Both the position numbers and the translations under genes were made by a program. DNA of 64,000 nucleotides from positions 266,050 to 330,049 of the forward strand of contig CAYNRJ010000001.1 of NCBI GenBank assembly GCA_964399865.1, written 5' to 3'. The stretch's first letter is position 1; each line of letters begins with the position of its first letter. The DNA is from an uncultured Candidatus Saccharibacteria bacterium (GTDB taxonomy: Bacteria; Patescibacteriota; Minisyncoccia; Phycocordibacterales; UBA2100). Shown here in pieces: positions 62,760 through 64,000 of this stretch. The notes under the pieces were generated by a model that was given only the letters and a program-made list of their open reading frames with translations, was not told the origin of the DNA and searched no databases.

Positions 62760-64000
62760 ATGCCGTTTATTCCTGATATCGATCTGCTCGCGCTCGTCCA
62801 ACTCATCGGATACCCCGGTATAGCGACAATCATCTTCCTCGAGTCCGGCGTCTTCTTCGGATTCTTCCTCCCCGGCGCTTCCCTACTTTTCATCTCAGGA
62901 GTCCTCGCCGAATCAGGCATTTTCAATATCTGGATACTTCTCCCCTTGGTCGGCATTGCCGCTGTCCTTGGAGATAACGTCGGCTACTGGTTCGGCGCGA
63001 AAGTAGGGATTAAGCTTTTCACGCGTCCGGACTCACGATTCTTCAAGCAAAGTCACGTAGACAAGACGCGTATATTCTTCGATAAGTACGGCCGGAGCGC
63101 TGTCCTTCTTGCGCGCTTCGTCCCGATCATCCGCACCTTCACCCCGATCCTCGCGGGAGTCGGAGGTATGAACTACCGTGTGTTTTTCTTTTACAACATT
63201 GTCGGCGCATCAGTGTGGGCATGTGGTGTGACACTCCTTGGATACTTTGTCGGCTCAAAAATCCCGAGCGCGGAACAATACATCACGCCAATAGTCCTCG
63301 TTATCATCGCAATTACGTGCATTCCGCTCGCGCTGCAGTGGTTTAAAAAAGGAAAAGTCGCGCGCATAAAGAGCTGCCCGCGCGCTGTCATATTCGATGT
63401 TGATGACACTCTGACGGAGAGCTTCAAAGCTCCAAAGCCTCAGATTGTTGAGAAAGTAAAAAAACTGCTCGACATCATGCCGGTCGCAATCATGTCGGCA
63501 GCTGGATTCCCTCGCATAGAAAAAGAATTCCTTCCGATCCTTACAACGAGCCCTCATGTCTCACGCTTGTACGTGTTCCCCAATTCCACCGCTCAATGCT
63601 ACACATGGGATGGGAGCACATGGAATCAAGTGTATGACAACAAACTTACAGATGAGGAACGAGATCGCATAAAGAATGCAATCGAAGAAGGAGTTAAGGA
63701 GACCGGCATTCTTGAAGGCGTAACTCCAGTAGGTCAGCAGATAATCGACCGCGGCGCACAGATCGCTTTTGCCGCGATCGGTATCGAGGCAACGGATGAG
63801 AATAAGAAATCATGGGACGTCGATAAGTCCAAACGTACCAAGCTCCAGAAGTTCCTCCGTCACCACATTCCGGAATTTGAAATATTGATTGGCGGTCGCA
63901 CCACGCTCGATGTCACAAAGAAAGGCGTAAACAAGGCCTTTGGCGTACGGTGGCTCTCGGAGAAACTAGACATGAAGCCGAAAGAAATGCTCTACGTTGG
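62760..64000 (+). CDS. DedA (VTT) domain fused to a HAD-IIB phosphatase/phosphomannomutase-like domain (truncated by the window end)
   Basis: One open frame: FLESGVFFGFFLPGASLL, GDNVGYWFG, ARFVPIIRTF (DedA), then VIFDVDDTL, IIDRGAQI, GGRTTLDV...NKAFG (HAD-IIB). Confidence 0.85.
   Translation, partial: MPFIPDIDLLALVQLIGYPGIATIIFLESGVFFGFFLPGASLLFISGVLAESGIFNIWILLPLVGIAAVLGDNVGYWFGAKVGIKLFTRPDSRFFKQSHVDKTRIFFDKYGRSAVLLARFVPIIRTFTPILAGVGGMNYRVFFFYNIVGASVWACGVTLLGYFVGSKIPSAEQYITPIVLVIIAITCIPLALQWFKKGKVARIKSCPRAVIFDVDDTLTESFKAPKPQIVEKVKKLLDIMPVAIMSAAGFPRIEKEFLPILTTSPHVSRLYVFPNSTAQCYTWDGSTWNQVYDNKLTDEERDRIKNAIEEGVKETGILEGVTPVGQQIIDRGAQIAFAAIGIEATDENKKSWDVDKSKRTKLQKFLRHHIPEFEILIGGRTTLDVTKKGVNKAFGVRWLSEKLDMKPKEMLYV

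Overview
Chromosomal segment of a small-genome bacterium. Gene content and compact architecture point to Patescibacteria/CPR, probably Parcubacteria, using genetic code 11; this assignment is inferred from gene content only. Housekeeping genes include dnaX, dus, ftsQ-like, serS, dprA, topA, an RSH enzyme, parB, miaA, rpmG, clpB, infB, rbfA, gyrA, gdhA, tkt and a folA/dcd/thyA/tmk/glyA thymidylate cluster. There are 8 tRNAs, an array of VirB2/TrbC-like pilins, a Fur-ZIP module and undecaprenyl-phosphate recycling genes. Four unusual signals stand out. (1) A family of structured elements lies directly behind tRNA-Leu, -Trp and -Tyr; each has a conserved core, an inverted copy of its own host tRNA T-arm and a direct copy of the tRNA 3' end. 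(2) Two 19-codon leader-peptide attenuators of identical geometry (His-His-His before hisG; Arg-Arg before an ArgA-like acetyltransferase) sit next to purF, giving three first-committed-step enzymes without their pathways in the window. (3) A RAYT/Y1 HUH transposase and a secreted lipase plus small membrane protein are delimited by REP-like palindromes that also occur elsewhere in the window. (4) Most core genes look leaderless (-10 box 6-10 nt before ATG), while small accessory genes carry Shine-Dalgarno sites. Also noted: a DedA-HAD fusion and a tRNA-Leu CCA end overlapping an aminotransferase start codon. All calls are from reading the sequence; no searches or folding programs were run.
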